Assembly (NCBI GenBank): GCA_016722065.1
Contig: JADKGX010000001.1
Span: 1,036,951-1,100,950, forward strand
Direction of reading: 5' to 3'
DNA from: Planctomycetota bacterium
GTDB taxonomy: Bacteria > Planctomycetota > UBA8742 > UBA2392
Length of the DNA stretch: 64,000 bases
In this document: in pieces, positions 40,401 through 46,228 of the stretch
Numbering within the stretch: the first letter of the stretch is position 1
Layout of the letters: each line of letters opens with the position of its first letter
Notes under the pieces: generated by a model
Told to the model about the DNA's origin: nothing
What the model saw: only the letters and a program-made list of their open reading frames with translations
Database searches by the model: none
Made by a program: the position numbers and the translations under genes

Positions 40401-41210
40401 GTTGGCAACCAGCGTGTAAGGGCCTGCCCAGGTCACCCCCGGCGGAACAAGGTAGATATCCAGGTGCGTGTCGTTGGCGTGGCTGATGCGCAGCCCAACC
40501 TGCAAAGATCCAATCAGGTCACCGCTGGCAGGAATCGAGATCGTGCTGGCAACACCGGTGCGAGAGCCGTCGGGAATGGCAACTCCCGGGTCGGCAAAAT
40601 AGCCGTGCACGTAACGTACTTCCCAGGAAATCAGGGTGCCGGTCTGTCCGCCCTGGTCGTCCAGTACCACCAGTTTCCAGTCGCCAACCGGGCTGGTGCG
40701 GTACAGGGCATTGAAGTCGTTCACACCCTCTACGGTGTAACTGTTGGCTGTGAAGGGCGCAGAGCCCGCCGTGACCGCTTGTGTGGACTGAAACACCGGG
40801 TCGGTCGTTACGCTCAGGCGGGTGTAAACATAGGGCCCAGCCCCGGAGCCGTAGTTGGGGTTGTTACCGCCGTTGTCGGTGCTCAAATCCACCACGCCAG
40901 CCGGCGGCGGAGTTACATAGTTCGCGCCGCTGCGATTCCAGGTAACACCTGGCGGCACCAGGTACATATCCAGGTGTTGGTCGCGCGGGTGGTCCACACG
41001 CACGCCGATCTGAAGCGCGCCAATCTGATGGCCGTTGTAGGGCGCCGAGTTGGGTATCGTGATGGTGCTGTCTGCGCCAGCATCACTGTTATCAGGAATG
41101 GCAATGTTGGGCGAAGCCGACAACGAAACGACCTGCGCCGACAACCCGGATGCGAGTGCGATCAGTGCAACTAGTGCCAGTTGTCCGCACTTCGTCAAGC
41201 TGTCCCCCAA
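28488..41210 (-). CDS. Giant secreted surface protein (~4,240 aa): signal peptide, 4 proprotein-convertase-type P-domains, 19 Ig-like (choice-of-anchor-D/ASH-like) modules, 1 beta-sandwich, 18 Kelch blades
   Basis: Single uninterrupted ORF. P-domain motif repeated 4 times (IPD..G..S.I.IP....IG.L.VG.RI.H..D..LDIYL.PPGV.W ... W.L.V.D...G..G.L.SW.). 19 modules of about 111 aa (..H.L.NTGTGPLTI..L.F.GGNA.DW.F...P..P..I..G.......F.P...G.R...LRITSDSGG...F.V...GTGT). 18 Kelch-type ..R....GG.. blades. Start is TTG 41210 or, more likely, TTG 41198 (SD GGGGGA; MTKCGQLALVALIALASGLSAQ). Confidence 0.9.
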   Translation of the reverse strand: MGDSLTKCGQLALVALIALASGLSAQVVSLSASPNIAIPDNSDAGADSTITIPNSAPYNGHQIGALQIGVRVDHPRDQHLDMYLVPPGVTWNRSGANYVTPPPAGVVDLSTDNGGNNPNYGSGAGPYVYTRLSVTTDPVFQSTQAVTAGSAPFTANSYTVEGVNDFNALYRTSPVGDWKLVVLDDQGGQTGTLISWEVRYVHGYFADPGVAIPDGSRTGVASTISIPASGDLIGSLQVGLRISHANDTHLDIYLVPPGVTWAGPYTLVANEFSTQSEALNVPIPRGVIELSTDNGGGANYGTTAAPSSYARFSAAGDPVTPGLASVTTGVSPFTTMVYSPEGSDWLELLYGRPAAGNWTLIVADDTGTGTGTLVSWEILYTPVAANTLYAHLGDNNDPGLPIARGQAGQVLGQYRMEAVGGAANNLTSIVFHEVANTTLTSLISAASLYRDNNGDGLLDGGDTLLAAGVLAGANATFNFAQAIGANAGVNLLLVGTVVAAPAPASMQIEILSAASIGSPLTEDGLFPVRAGPRPFVTATTFTYRPGQPDLITDNDEVGITRGITIPATSDRVGSMRVGIRLDHTYDQDLDIYLLPPGVVWNPPYAVPNNGPVITAPPQVIELSTDNGGGGNNWGSNATSYTYNYARLSGANDPTWPASSLITGGGSPFTAQPQYRVEGTTAWNLSYNGNPSGTWQLIVVDSWGQDVGYLVSWQLEYVPITTPQFWANIGDSNNPGLPATTGTAGNVFGQLELSAYFGANSVTQITAREVNNFNIGNNLSAIALYRDVNANGVYDPGTDTLVANGGMAGAVATFNIAGGFNVASGATEFLLIVGTVQASPANTVLSLRHATNADIVGSTSEIAPYPLDYGAHPLNPPNTYVSTPPFGKSIPDNNAAGITDTITIPATSDLIGALRIGIRIDHANDADLDIWLIPPGVTWAGPYTTINNGANVTPPAGVIELSTDNGGTGNDYGTGAVSFVYARLSRNGDRQFSPGNTPVTGGTAPFTAANGYIEEGTAAFNALYGTNPSGNWTIAIADDGNGGTGRLISWFVQYVPAERAQVKSVPTAGFSNFGNVAVGAPSAAQGFQVQNMGNFSLTLPAPVPANGIRITGANASDFVIQGVAPSGVLAAGASTATYNIVFTPGAVGLRTANITVTWNNSDATMPATATSNYAISGTGVVPTISVVGGPLSFGNVEIGTNSAAQSYSVSGTFLAANLVVTPPANFQVALAAGGPWLANLSLVPASGTVASTTVFVRFNPASLGAAAGNVSNASTGAATQNVAVSGTGAGITVSTAGPLAFGNQQVSTASAAQSYNVQGVGLAANLVITPPANFEVALAAGGPWLASLSRTPAQAATLTTIFVRFNPAASGAFSGNVTNASAPYTTRNVAVTGTGIAGILSTPLGPVNYGSTNVFTTSPLSPITHALTNTGSAVLTVTALNFIGANAADWAVTSAPGLPFNIGIGATVNIQASFTPQGTGGRAATLRITSNTGGPAGQFTDVSVTGNALVGTLSTAASANYGTGNLGSPTNLSPVTHTFTNTGTGTLTITALAFVGGDAADWSFVVAPSLPMLIGPGASNNVQARLIPTAVGARNSTLRVTSDSGGTSGNFNIAVSGSGTAGVLTTSLNVAYGTSNLFTPSSLSPVTHTINNTGTGTLTISNIQFTGGQAAMWAFSPAPSLPIVILAGGNANVTAVLTPTATGALASTLRFTSDSGGFINTLTDVNVTGTGTVATLSTPLGPVDYGTTNVFTVSPLSPITHTVTNTGSGTLTISGASFVGANGGDWSFTAPAPTFPINVTPGGNTAFQVRFIPQGTGSRNGTLRFFSNTTGPINTQTDVALTGNGTVGTLSATTPVAYGSSNVGVTSSPVGHTLNNTGTGPLTITGLVFTTGNASDWAFTVAPSFPTVIAAGGNVVISATFTPGATGARSSLLRITSDSGGTSGDFDVTVNGTGTQAVIGVTTPVNYGNSNLGVPTSPATNHQVNNSGTGPMRITGIALGGANAGDWALSGLPAFPATVAGSGNIVFSGVFTPSATGPRTATISITWDQGAGVGTTITNITLNGTGTVATLATATPVAYGSSNVGVTSSPVGHTLNNTGTGPLTITALAFTTGNASDWAFTVAPSFPIVIAAGGNVLISATFTPGATGARSSLLRITSDSGGTSGDFDVTVNGTGTQAVIGVTTPVNYGNSNLGVSTSPATNHQVNNTGTGPMRITGIALGGANASDWALSGLPAFPATVAAAGNMVFSGVFTPSATGPRTATISITWDQGAGVGTTITTITLNGTGTQAVIGVTTPVNYGNSNLGVSTSPATNHQVNNTGTGPMRITGIALGGANASDWALSGLPAFPATVAAAGNMVFSGVFTPSATGPRTATISITWDQGGGVGTTITTITLNGTGTQAVIGVTTPVNYGNSNLGVSTSPATNHQVNNTGTGPMRITGIALGGANASDWALSGLPAFPATVAGSGNIVFSGVFTPSATGPRTATVSITWDQGAGVGTTITTITLNGTGTVGTLTTATPVAYGSINLFQTTSAVNHTLNNTGTGPLTITGLVFTTGNASDWAFTVAPSLPIVIAAGGNVVISATLTPSAVGARNSLLRITSDSGGTSGDFDVTVNGTGTVATLATATPVAYGSSNVGVTSSPVGHTLNNTGTGPLTITGLVFTTGNASDWAFTVAPSFPIVVAAGGNVVISATFTPGATGARSSLLRITSDSGGTSGDFDVAVSGTGTTGSMASASPVIYPTINVFQTGTAVTHTLSNTGSGPLSVTNLQFITGNASDWAFTVAPTYPINIGAGLNVNVQATFTPGAPGARSTLLRITYNSGGPSSDFDVVCNGTGTVGTLTTTTPVAYGSINLFQTTGAVNHTLNNTGTGPLTITGLAFTTGNASDWAFTVAPSFPIVIAAGSNVVVSATFTPGAVGARNSLLRTTSDSGGTSGDFDVAVTGTGTVGTLSTATPVGYGSLNLFQTSGAVNHTLNNTGTGPLTITGLAFTTGNASDWAFTVAPSFPIVIAAGGNVVVSATFTPGAIGGRNSLLRITSDSGGTSGNFDVTVTGTGTVGTLAAASPVDFGTGYVGSPSNLSPLTHTLNNTGTGPLTITGLAFTTGNATDWTFAVAPSLPVVVAAGGNFQFDAVFTPGATGARASLLRITSDSGGSSGDFDVTLTGNGVPPASVTAVTVSADNGGPLTVQATINGPVSTFIDVVVTYSGGANAGPPVLVSTSAGTISGNTILGVPSNTTITLVWDAYATERHTTAFNYVLTLSPFIGVQPGTPGSSPAFTLQRNGGWTQHVTPSEQATPVLGHVAVYDEANDRMVVFGGKIGTVRTNRVWVYERGPGSVLGWKMLSPSGTAPSSRQYSTALYDAANDRMVVFGGLADSGTSAQVWALDLTPGAEAWTLLAGASPATPAARYAASFTYDAGNQRALMHGGVGSGYQNDTWALDLTLGAESWGTGPVTTGGPSRSGQAAALDASGNRLVIYGGQSSTGTNADTWQMNLTTFSWSSVATAGAPGARYFGTYLYDSVSNRIVVQSGYNGGAVRVDGFAMPLSGPNQHVWSQLPGDPAAAAGRVQGAAAFDPVRQQGLFYGGFTGSVALVAFSVLDLSVQPPAFLGSPTLTSNTPPARWGATIVFDSFNNQLVLFGGKDANNYYSEIWVMDRSISGAPWVRLNVAGGPGARVYHAATFDAVNRRMIVCGGQDATGTRQADIWTLDLAGTPVWTAHAGSGPLGSIRHSLVYDSLTNRAIMHGGFTTTYVGTTWAYDFGLSAWTQLVPSGLAPAARYGHGAMFDAAQNRMVIFGGRHSSAFTNEVWSFELTTMGWTNISQVGGTQPVGRALFGCGNNTAGTMAWLFGGDTGVAQSDLWQLDVGGAIAAWTQLAFAAPAPSARTTHAGAYDGSRLVIGFGLLSGAPLRDVWQIDPSAPAAGWTQLGELASPSALAHTAVALDPVNRRLIAFGGLVDGLVDASLWSLDLASPIATWQRIDPPGARPGTRRTATMIYDAGSSRMILYGGRTGVADSTITDEVWALTLTPGSESWTLLATSGASPGKRAQHVAVVDGAGRMVIFGGRAETGAFLNTTYALNLSTLVWAQVAATGSINARIAAAAIYDPVGDRMILYGGSNNGTLTTLHSLNMSGAPAWTTMAKVGTAPAGLFYHSMVYDPALHRMLVYGGFNAFSEGRLFSMDLATNTWTEILPPVARPQNRWAHGAVWDAAGSRMVVVSGYLDGEVSAMQQGGLTDLWFWGD
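31711..38039 (-). repeat. Array of 19 Ig-like coding modules (~111 aa each) inside the giant gene
   Basis: Modules counted directly from the translation. Two subfamilies, A (112 aa, ..WALSGLPAFPATV..ISITWDQGAGVGTTIT) and B (109 aa, ..WAFTVAPSFPIVIAAGGNVVISATF..LRITSDSGGTSGDFDV), alternate in the centre. Confidence 0.85.
33678..34685 (-). repeat. Three tandem, near-identical 336-bp (112-aa) type-A modules
   Basis: Unit boundaries at 34685, 34349, 34013 and 33678, anchored on CAG GCC/T GTG ATT GGC (QAVIG). Copies differ at a few percent of positions, mostly synonymous. A fourth A copy lies at 35013-35348. Confidence 0.85.
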
Positions 41211-41277
41211 GACACAACCAACGGCGAGAATCCGTCGATTGGGCCATTACTAAGGAAGCAATCCAAAGCAGCCTGAA

Positions 41278-41306
41278 AGGCTATCGCATCTGGCGCCAGA
41301 GGTCAA
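41278..41306 (-). promoter_or_regulatory. Sigma-70-like promoter of the giant-protein operon with a palindrome in the spacer
   Basis: Minus strand: TTGACC (41306-41301), 17-nt spacer, TAGCCT (41283-41278). The spacer contains the perfect 12-bp palindrome TCTGGCGCCAGA (41289-41300). Confidence 0.45.
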
Positions 41307-41612
41307 GCATTCCTGCCCACCTGTGCCCCGGCGTAAGTGATTGTGTCGCATTGGTTTGAGACGGCGCCTTGGTCGAAGTGAGCGATTTTATCGGACCAAG
41401 TTGCCAAATCGAACGATTTTTGGTGACCAGATCATGAAAAACCACGATTCACCACGGCCGCAACCGCATGGCGCGCTGGTTACGGCGACTCATTTTCATT
41501 TCACCGCGTCGCAACCAGAACAATTTGTGGAAACACTGTTGGCAACGCAACTTGCGGCCTTTCCTTCGGGCGCGCCGTCGCTGCCTGCGCTAGACTTGCG
41601 TCAGGGGGAGCA

Positions 41613-43349
41613 TTGGAAACATCCTGCATTGATGCAGCCTGGTGCATTGCCAGCCAGCGAACGCCTGCTGTTCGCGAACTGGCCGATGGGCTGCGCATTC
41701 CCGATTACGTTGCCCGGGCGCTGATCAATCGCGGCGCAGGCGATTTGGACCAAGCCCGGCAGTTTCTGGCCGCCACCAGCGCCAACCTGGAAGACCCCTT
41801 TGCCTTCCGAGACATGCAGCAGGCCGTGGACCGCGTTCTGCTGGCCCTGCAGCGCCACGAATTGACACTGATTCAGGGCGATTACGACGTCGATGGCAGC
41901 GCCAGCGCGGCCCTTTTGGTGAACCTGTTTCGCCTGCTGGGTGGCCAGGTGGAAGTCAGCATTCCTTCCCGCGCACAGGATGGCTACGGCCTGAATGAAC
42001 GCATCGTGCGCCGGGCCGCCCAGCGCGGTGTGAAGCTGATGATCACCTGCGACAACGGCACGACGGCCAACGCCGAGATCGCGCTGGCCCGCGACCTGGG
42101 CATTGAAACCATCATTACCGATCACCACACCGTGGGTGAAACCCTGCCCCCGGCCGTGGCGGTGCTGAACCCGCACGTCAAATCCGAGCAACTGAAGTTC
42201 CGCGACCTGTGCGGCGCGGGGGTTGCTTTCAAGCTGGCCTGGGCGGTACTGACCCGCCTTTCAAGCCGCGAGAAACTGGACCCGCCGTTTCGGGATTTTC
42301 TGGCCGGCGCCCAAAGCCTGGTGGCACTGGCCAGCGTGGCCGACGTGGTGCCGCTGCTGGGCGACAACCGCATCTTGACGCGTCAAGGCCTACGCAGCAT
42401 GCCCGACAGCCCCAACCCCGGCATTCGCGCGCTGATGGAAACCAGCGGCCTGGACAAGATTCCCAGTGGCACCGATGTCGGCTTCAAGCTGGCACCGCGC
42501 CTCAATGCCGGCGGCCGCCTGGGCCGCGAAACCCTGGCCGTGGAACTGCTGACGGCACAAAGCTACGGCCAGGCCATGGAACTGGCCGCTGAAACCGACA
42601 GCCTGAACCGCCAGCGCCAGACACTCGATCGCGAACTGACCCGCATGGCCGAAGACATGGTCACGGCTGATGCGGGCTATGAGTCCGAACGCATTCTGGT
42701 TGTGGGCCACGACGATTTTCACCCGGGCGTCGTCGGCATTGTGGCGGCGCGGCTTTCGCGGCGGTTTAACAAGCCTGCCGTGCTGGTGGCCACTGGCGCG
42801 GCAATGGGCCGGGGCTCCGGTCGCAGCATTCCGGGTTTTCACCTGTACAACGCGCTGCAGGAATGCGGCACCTTGATGCACCGCTTTGGCGGCCACGCCC
42901 AGGCCGCAGGTCTGGAAATCACCCGCGAAAACCTGGGCATGCTGCGGCGTGCCGTGAATGAAATCGCCGACAAGCATGTGGTGCAGGCTGGCTATGAAAC
43001 CCCGACATTGAAGATCGACGCGGAAGTTCCGCTTGCCGATCTGGGCGTTGAGGGCGTGGACATCCTTCAAGGCCTGGAGCCCTTTGGCGAAGGTAACCCT
43101 GAGCCCGCGTTCATGACCACGGATGTCGAAGTCGCGGCGCCGCCCAAGGTGGTGGGGCGCGGCACGGGGCATCTTTCGATTCTGCTAAAGCAGCAAGGCC
43201 CGGCCATGCGCGGCATCGGTTTTGGACTGGGCGACCGCATTGGCCAGTTCAAGCGCGGCGACAAAGTGCGTGTCGTTTACACACCAAAGATCAGCACCTT
43301 TCGCGGCCCCGCGGAAGTCGAACTGGAACTCAAGGACATCCGCGCCTGA
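41613..43349 (+). CDS. recJ: Single-stranded-DNA-specific exonuclease RecJ
   Basis: DHH motifs (IQGDYDVDGSAS, ITCDNGT, ITDHH), DHHA1 region (GGHAQAAGL) and C-terminal OB-like region. TTG 41613 is the only start codon in the open frame. Confidence 0.9.
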   Translation: METSCIDAAWCIASQRTPAVRELADGLRIPDYVARALINRGAGDLDQARQFLAATSANLEDPFAFRDMQQAVDRVLLALQRHELTLIQGDYDVDGSASAALLVNLFRLLGGQVEVSIPSRAQDGYGLNERIVRRAAQRGVKLMITCDNGTTANAEIALARDLGIETIITDHHTVGETLPPAVAVLNPHVKSEQLKFRDLCGAGVAFKLAWAVLTRLSSREKLDPPFRDFLAGAQSLVALASVADVVPLLGDNRILTRQGLRSMPDSPNPGIRALMETSGLDKIPSGTDVGFKLAPRLNAGGRLGRETLAVELLTAQSYGQAMELAAETDSLNRQRQTLDRELTRMAEDMVTADAGYESERILVVGHDDFHPGVVGIVAARLSRRFNKPAVLVATGAAMGRGSGRSIPGFHLYNALQECGTLMHRFGGHAQAAGLEITRENLGMLRRAVNEIADKHVVQAGYETPTLKIDAEVPLADLGVEGVDILQGLEPFGEGNPEPAFMTTDVEVAAPPKVVGRGTGHLSILLKQQGPAMRGIGFGLGDRIGQFKRGDKVRVVYTPKISTFRGPAEVELELKDIRA

Positions 43350-43393
43350 TCTCGCCTTGCTGTGTATCGCCCGGGAATCGGCCGGGCAGCGGG

Positions 43394-44119
43394 CTAGTGG
43401 TTGGTCGCGCTGCCACCACCGTAAGCCATGCCGAACATGCGGTCCTGGGTGCCATCGGTGTGGCACTTCATGCACGGCGCCAGCTTGCCGGCGGCGGTCA
43501 CGATCTTGCCGTCGGGCGACAACGTGCCGTACACCCAGCCCAGGTCAGTGCCCTGCGTGGCCGGGTCCAGTTTGAACATCACAAACAGGTCGGATTTCGC
43601 GCCCAGCTTGCGCCCCGGGTCGGGCTGGCCGTCGGGGCCGTCTACCGTATGAAAGCTTTCCTTTACAAGAATCTGGCCCACGGGCTGGGGTGCCGTCCTG
43701 TCGTTATCGGAGTAGTCCTTGCCCACGGTCTCATAGTTCTGGGCCTTGCTTACCCACATGTAGTACAGCTTGCGCTTGTGGGCGCCGCTGTCGGCGGCGC
43801 TGGCCAGTGGCTTGTCGCGAATCGGGGCGCGGCACATCGTTGGCGCATACTGCGGGTCGTCGGCCATTTTTGTATAGCCGCGATATTCCGCCGCGATCTC
43901 CAGCAGCCGGGGCCGAAAGCGCTTCAATGCGGCCTCGGATTCAGATTCTGCTTCGGGCGTGATTGCCTTTTCCGGCTCTGGCTGGTTGGCGGGGGCGTTA
44001 CTTGCCTGATTGCCCGTGGCTGGTTGCGCGGCGGTATTCTGGGCTGGCGGCCTGCTGCAGGCCAGGCAGGCAAGCGCCATCAGCAGTATTATCGCGGGCA
44101 ACAGGAAGCGAGTGTGCAT
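43394..44119 (-). CDS. Cytochrome P460-family-like haem lipoprotein
   Basis: Start at ATG 44119 (MHTRFLLPAIILLMALACLACS, lipobox). Single C-terminal CXXCH (LAPCMKCHTDGTQDRMFGMAY), as in cytochrome P460/c'-beta proteins. Confidence 0.5.
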   Translation of the reverse strand: MHTRFLLPAIILLMALACLACSRPPAQNTAAQPATGNQASNAPANQPEPEKAITPEAESESEAALKRFRPRLLEIAAEYRGYTKMADDPQYAPTMCRAPIRDKPLASAADSGAHKRKLYYMWVSKAQNYETVGKDYSDNDRTAPQPVGQILVKESFHTVDGPDGQPDPGRKLGAKSDLFVMFKLDPATQGTDLGWVYGTLSPDGKIVTAAGKLAPCMKCHTDGTQDRMFGMAYGGGSATNH

Positions 44120-44228
44120 GAGATTGTCTCCGTACCCATTAGACGCTGCAACCAGGCTTTGCTGGGTAACGACAATGTAACTTCTGCGGGGCGCATCGAA
44201 GCGCGCCAGCAAGTACAGTAGGCAAGCC

Positions 44229-44771
44229 ATGTACGTCATTGACGGCTATAACCTGCAACACGCCCTGGCACGACACAACGTGCTGCCGGGCGATTTTGGC
44301 CGCGCCCGGGCGCGCCTGATTGAGTTGCTGGGCCACCTGGCCCGACGCGAAAGCACCAACCTGCGCATCTTCTTTGACGGGGCACCGGGCCAGCTTGCGC
44401 CCGGCGAAATCAGCTACCCCGGGGTTTCGGTGCTGTTCTGTGGCGAAGGGATTGAAAGTGCCGACCACGCTGTACGCGAATACGTCGAAAACAGTGCCCA
44501 CCCCGGCAAGTTGCGCGTGGTCAGCAGCGACCGGGCCGTGGCCCGCGCCTGCAAGCTCAGTGGCGCAAAGGTCATGAGTGCCCAGGACATGGCCGATCGC
44601 CTGGCCAGTCTGGTCAGCGAAGGTCGCGCCCCGCGCGGCAGCGCCCTGGAAAAACCAACCCGCGGCGCGATCGGACGCATTGAGCGCGAAATGATTGACG
44701 ACATCGGCGACCTGCGCGCCTTTGAACAACAGGTGCTGCGCGAACTGACAGACAACAAAGACCTTCCATGA
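44229..44771 (+). CDS. NYN-domain (YacP/Rae1-like, PIN-related) predicted ribonuclease
   Basis: MYVIDGYNLQHAL ... IFFDG ... ADHAVREYV ... VVSSDRAVARACKLSGAKVMSAQ matches the YacP-like NYN pattern. Its stop overlaps the start of TPR paralog 1 (ATGA). Confidence 0.7.
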   Translation: MYVIDGYNLQHALARHNVLPGDFGRARARLIELLGHLARRESTNLRIFFDGAPGQLAPGEISYPGVSVLFCGEGIESADHAVREYVENSAHPGKLRVVSSDRAVARACKLSGAKVMSAQDMADRLASLVSEGRAPRGSALEKPTRGAIGRIEREMIDDIGDLRAFEQQVLRELTDNKDLP

Positions 44772-46228
44772 GCCCGGCCCCCGCCGAGCAAGCCTACCTG
44801 TTCCAGCACGCCCTGCTGCGCGAAGCTGCCTACGAACTTCAGCCCCCCACCGACCGCGCCAACCTGCACGCCCTTGCCCTGGCTTCCCTGGAAACAGTGC
44901 TGCAGGCGCTGCCCGGCGCCCTGGATGCTTCAGCCCTGGAGCTTGCAAACCACGCGCGCCTTGGAGCGGCCAGCCACGACGACCTGCAGGCACGCGAACT
45001 GCATTACCTTCAAATCGCCCGTGCTTACGCAGCCGGCCAATACCGGCATGATGTAGAGGCCGACTGCCTGGCCCGCATTCTGGCCCATCCGGGCGTCACG
45101 CCCGACATTCGTTTGCGGGCCCTGGAAAACATGGGCCACAACCGCTACCGCCTGGGGCGAACCGAAGACGCGCGGAGCTGTTTTGAAAACCTGCTGGCCG
45201 ACGCACGCAAACTGCACCGGGCACCGGCGGAGTTGGCAGCCCTGACCGGCCTTGGACAGGCCCTGCGCGCGCTGGGCCAGATTGCCAGGGCGGCGGAAGT
45301 GCTTTCCGAAGCGGCTGCGCTGGCACACAGCCAGGGCGACCAAAGGCAACATGGGATTGCACTGGGCATGCGGGCGGTACTGTTGCAGCAGCAGAACCAG
45401 TTCGCTCCGGCCGACGAAGCCTTTGCCGCTGCCCTGGCCGCCGCGCGTGCGGTAGGCGACCGCAAATCTGAAGAATTGGCGCTGGGCAACTGGGCCAGCC
45501 TTTTTCTTATGCACTTTCAATTTGACCGTGCCCAGGAGCTTTATGAACAAGCTCTGGCGATTTCCCTGCAACGCGGCGACTTGCGCACCCAGGGCATCTG
45601 GACCGGCAATCTCGCCCTGCTCCACGGCAAGCTGGGCGACCGGCCTCGGGCCGATGCCTGGATTGAAGAAAGCCTGCGCATTGCGCGCCGGTGCGGTGAC
45701 CGCCGCACCGAGGCCAGCATGCTGCTGAACGTTGCGGTGTCCCGTCTTGTCGACACCGAAGGACCCGCCCGCATGCGTGCCGCGCAACAGGCCCTGGACC
45801 TGTGCGCGGAAATCCAGTCACCACCGCTGGAGTTACGCGCGCGCATCCTGCTGGGACGCTGCGACCTGGAGCAGGGTCGAGCCGAACAAGCCCTGGCCGC
45901 ACTGGACGCGGCAGTTCAGACCGCGCGCAAATTGCGCGACCCGCGCCAACAAGGCGAAGCCCTGGGCTACGGCGCTGGCGCCCTTCTTTTGCTGGGTCGT
46001 AAGGAGGACTATCAGCCCCGGCTGTTACAGGCCATCGAATGCGCCACCCAGGCGTCGGACCCCGAGAGTTATGCCGGCTGGTGCGTCGAGTTAGCCGTAG
46101 ACCTGCGACAGCAGGGTCAGGAACAACTGGCCCAAAAGTGGTACCAGCAAGGCATGCAGGCCCTGGCGGACGTGCATGACCCCGCCATGGAAGCGCGCCT
46201 GGCTGCAAAATTCGGACAAACCCCATGA
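44768..46228 (+). CDS. TPR-repeat protein, paralog 1 of 7 (STAND winged-helix signature at N-terminus, no NTPase domain)
   Basis: N-terminus MSPAPAEQAYLFQHALLREAAYELQPPTDRANLHALALASLE, then ..LELANHA.. and TPR-like repeats. ATGA coupling to the NYN gene. Confidence 0.8.
   Translation: MSPAPAEQAYLFQHALLREAAYELQPPTDRANLHALALASLETVLQALPGALDASALELANHARLGAASHDDLQARELHYLQIARAYAAGQYRHDVEADCLARILAHPGVTPDIRLRALENMGHNRYRLGRTEDARSCFENLLADARKLHRAPAELAALTGLGQALRALGQIARAAEVLSEAAALAHSQGDQRQHGIALGMRAVLLQQQNQFAPADEAFAAALAAARAVGDRKSEELALGNWASLFLMHFQFDRAQELYEQALAISLQRGDLRTQGIWTGNLALLHGKLGDRPRADAWIEESLRIARRCGDRRTEASMLLNVAVSRLVDTEGPARMRAAQQALDLCAEIQSPPLELRARILLGRCDLEQGRAEQALAALDAAVQTARKLRDPRQQGEALGYGAGALLLLGRKEDYQPRLLQAIECATQASDPESYAGWCVELAVDLRQQGQEQLAQKWYQQGMQALADVHDPAMEARLAAKFGQTP

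Noticed and set aside
41433-41724. 97-codon ORF (MKNHDSPRPQPHG..) overlapping the recJ start, possibly a frameshifted RecJ N-terminus or uORF
   Set aside because: RecJ from TTG 41613 already has a normal length (578 aa) and N-terminal pattern. The upstream ORF has poor GC3, lies in the low-GC control region, and has no recognisable motif.
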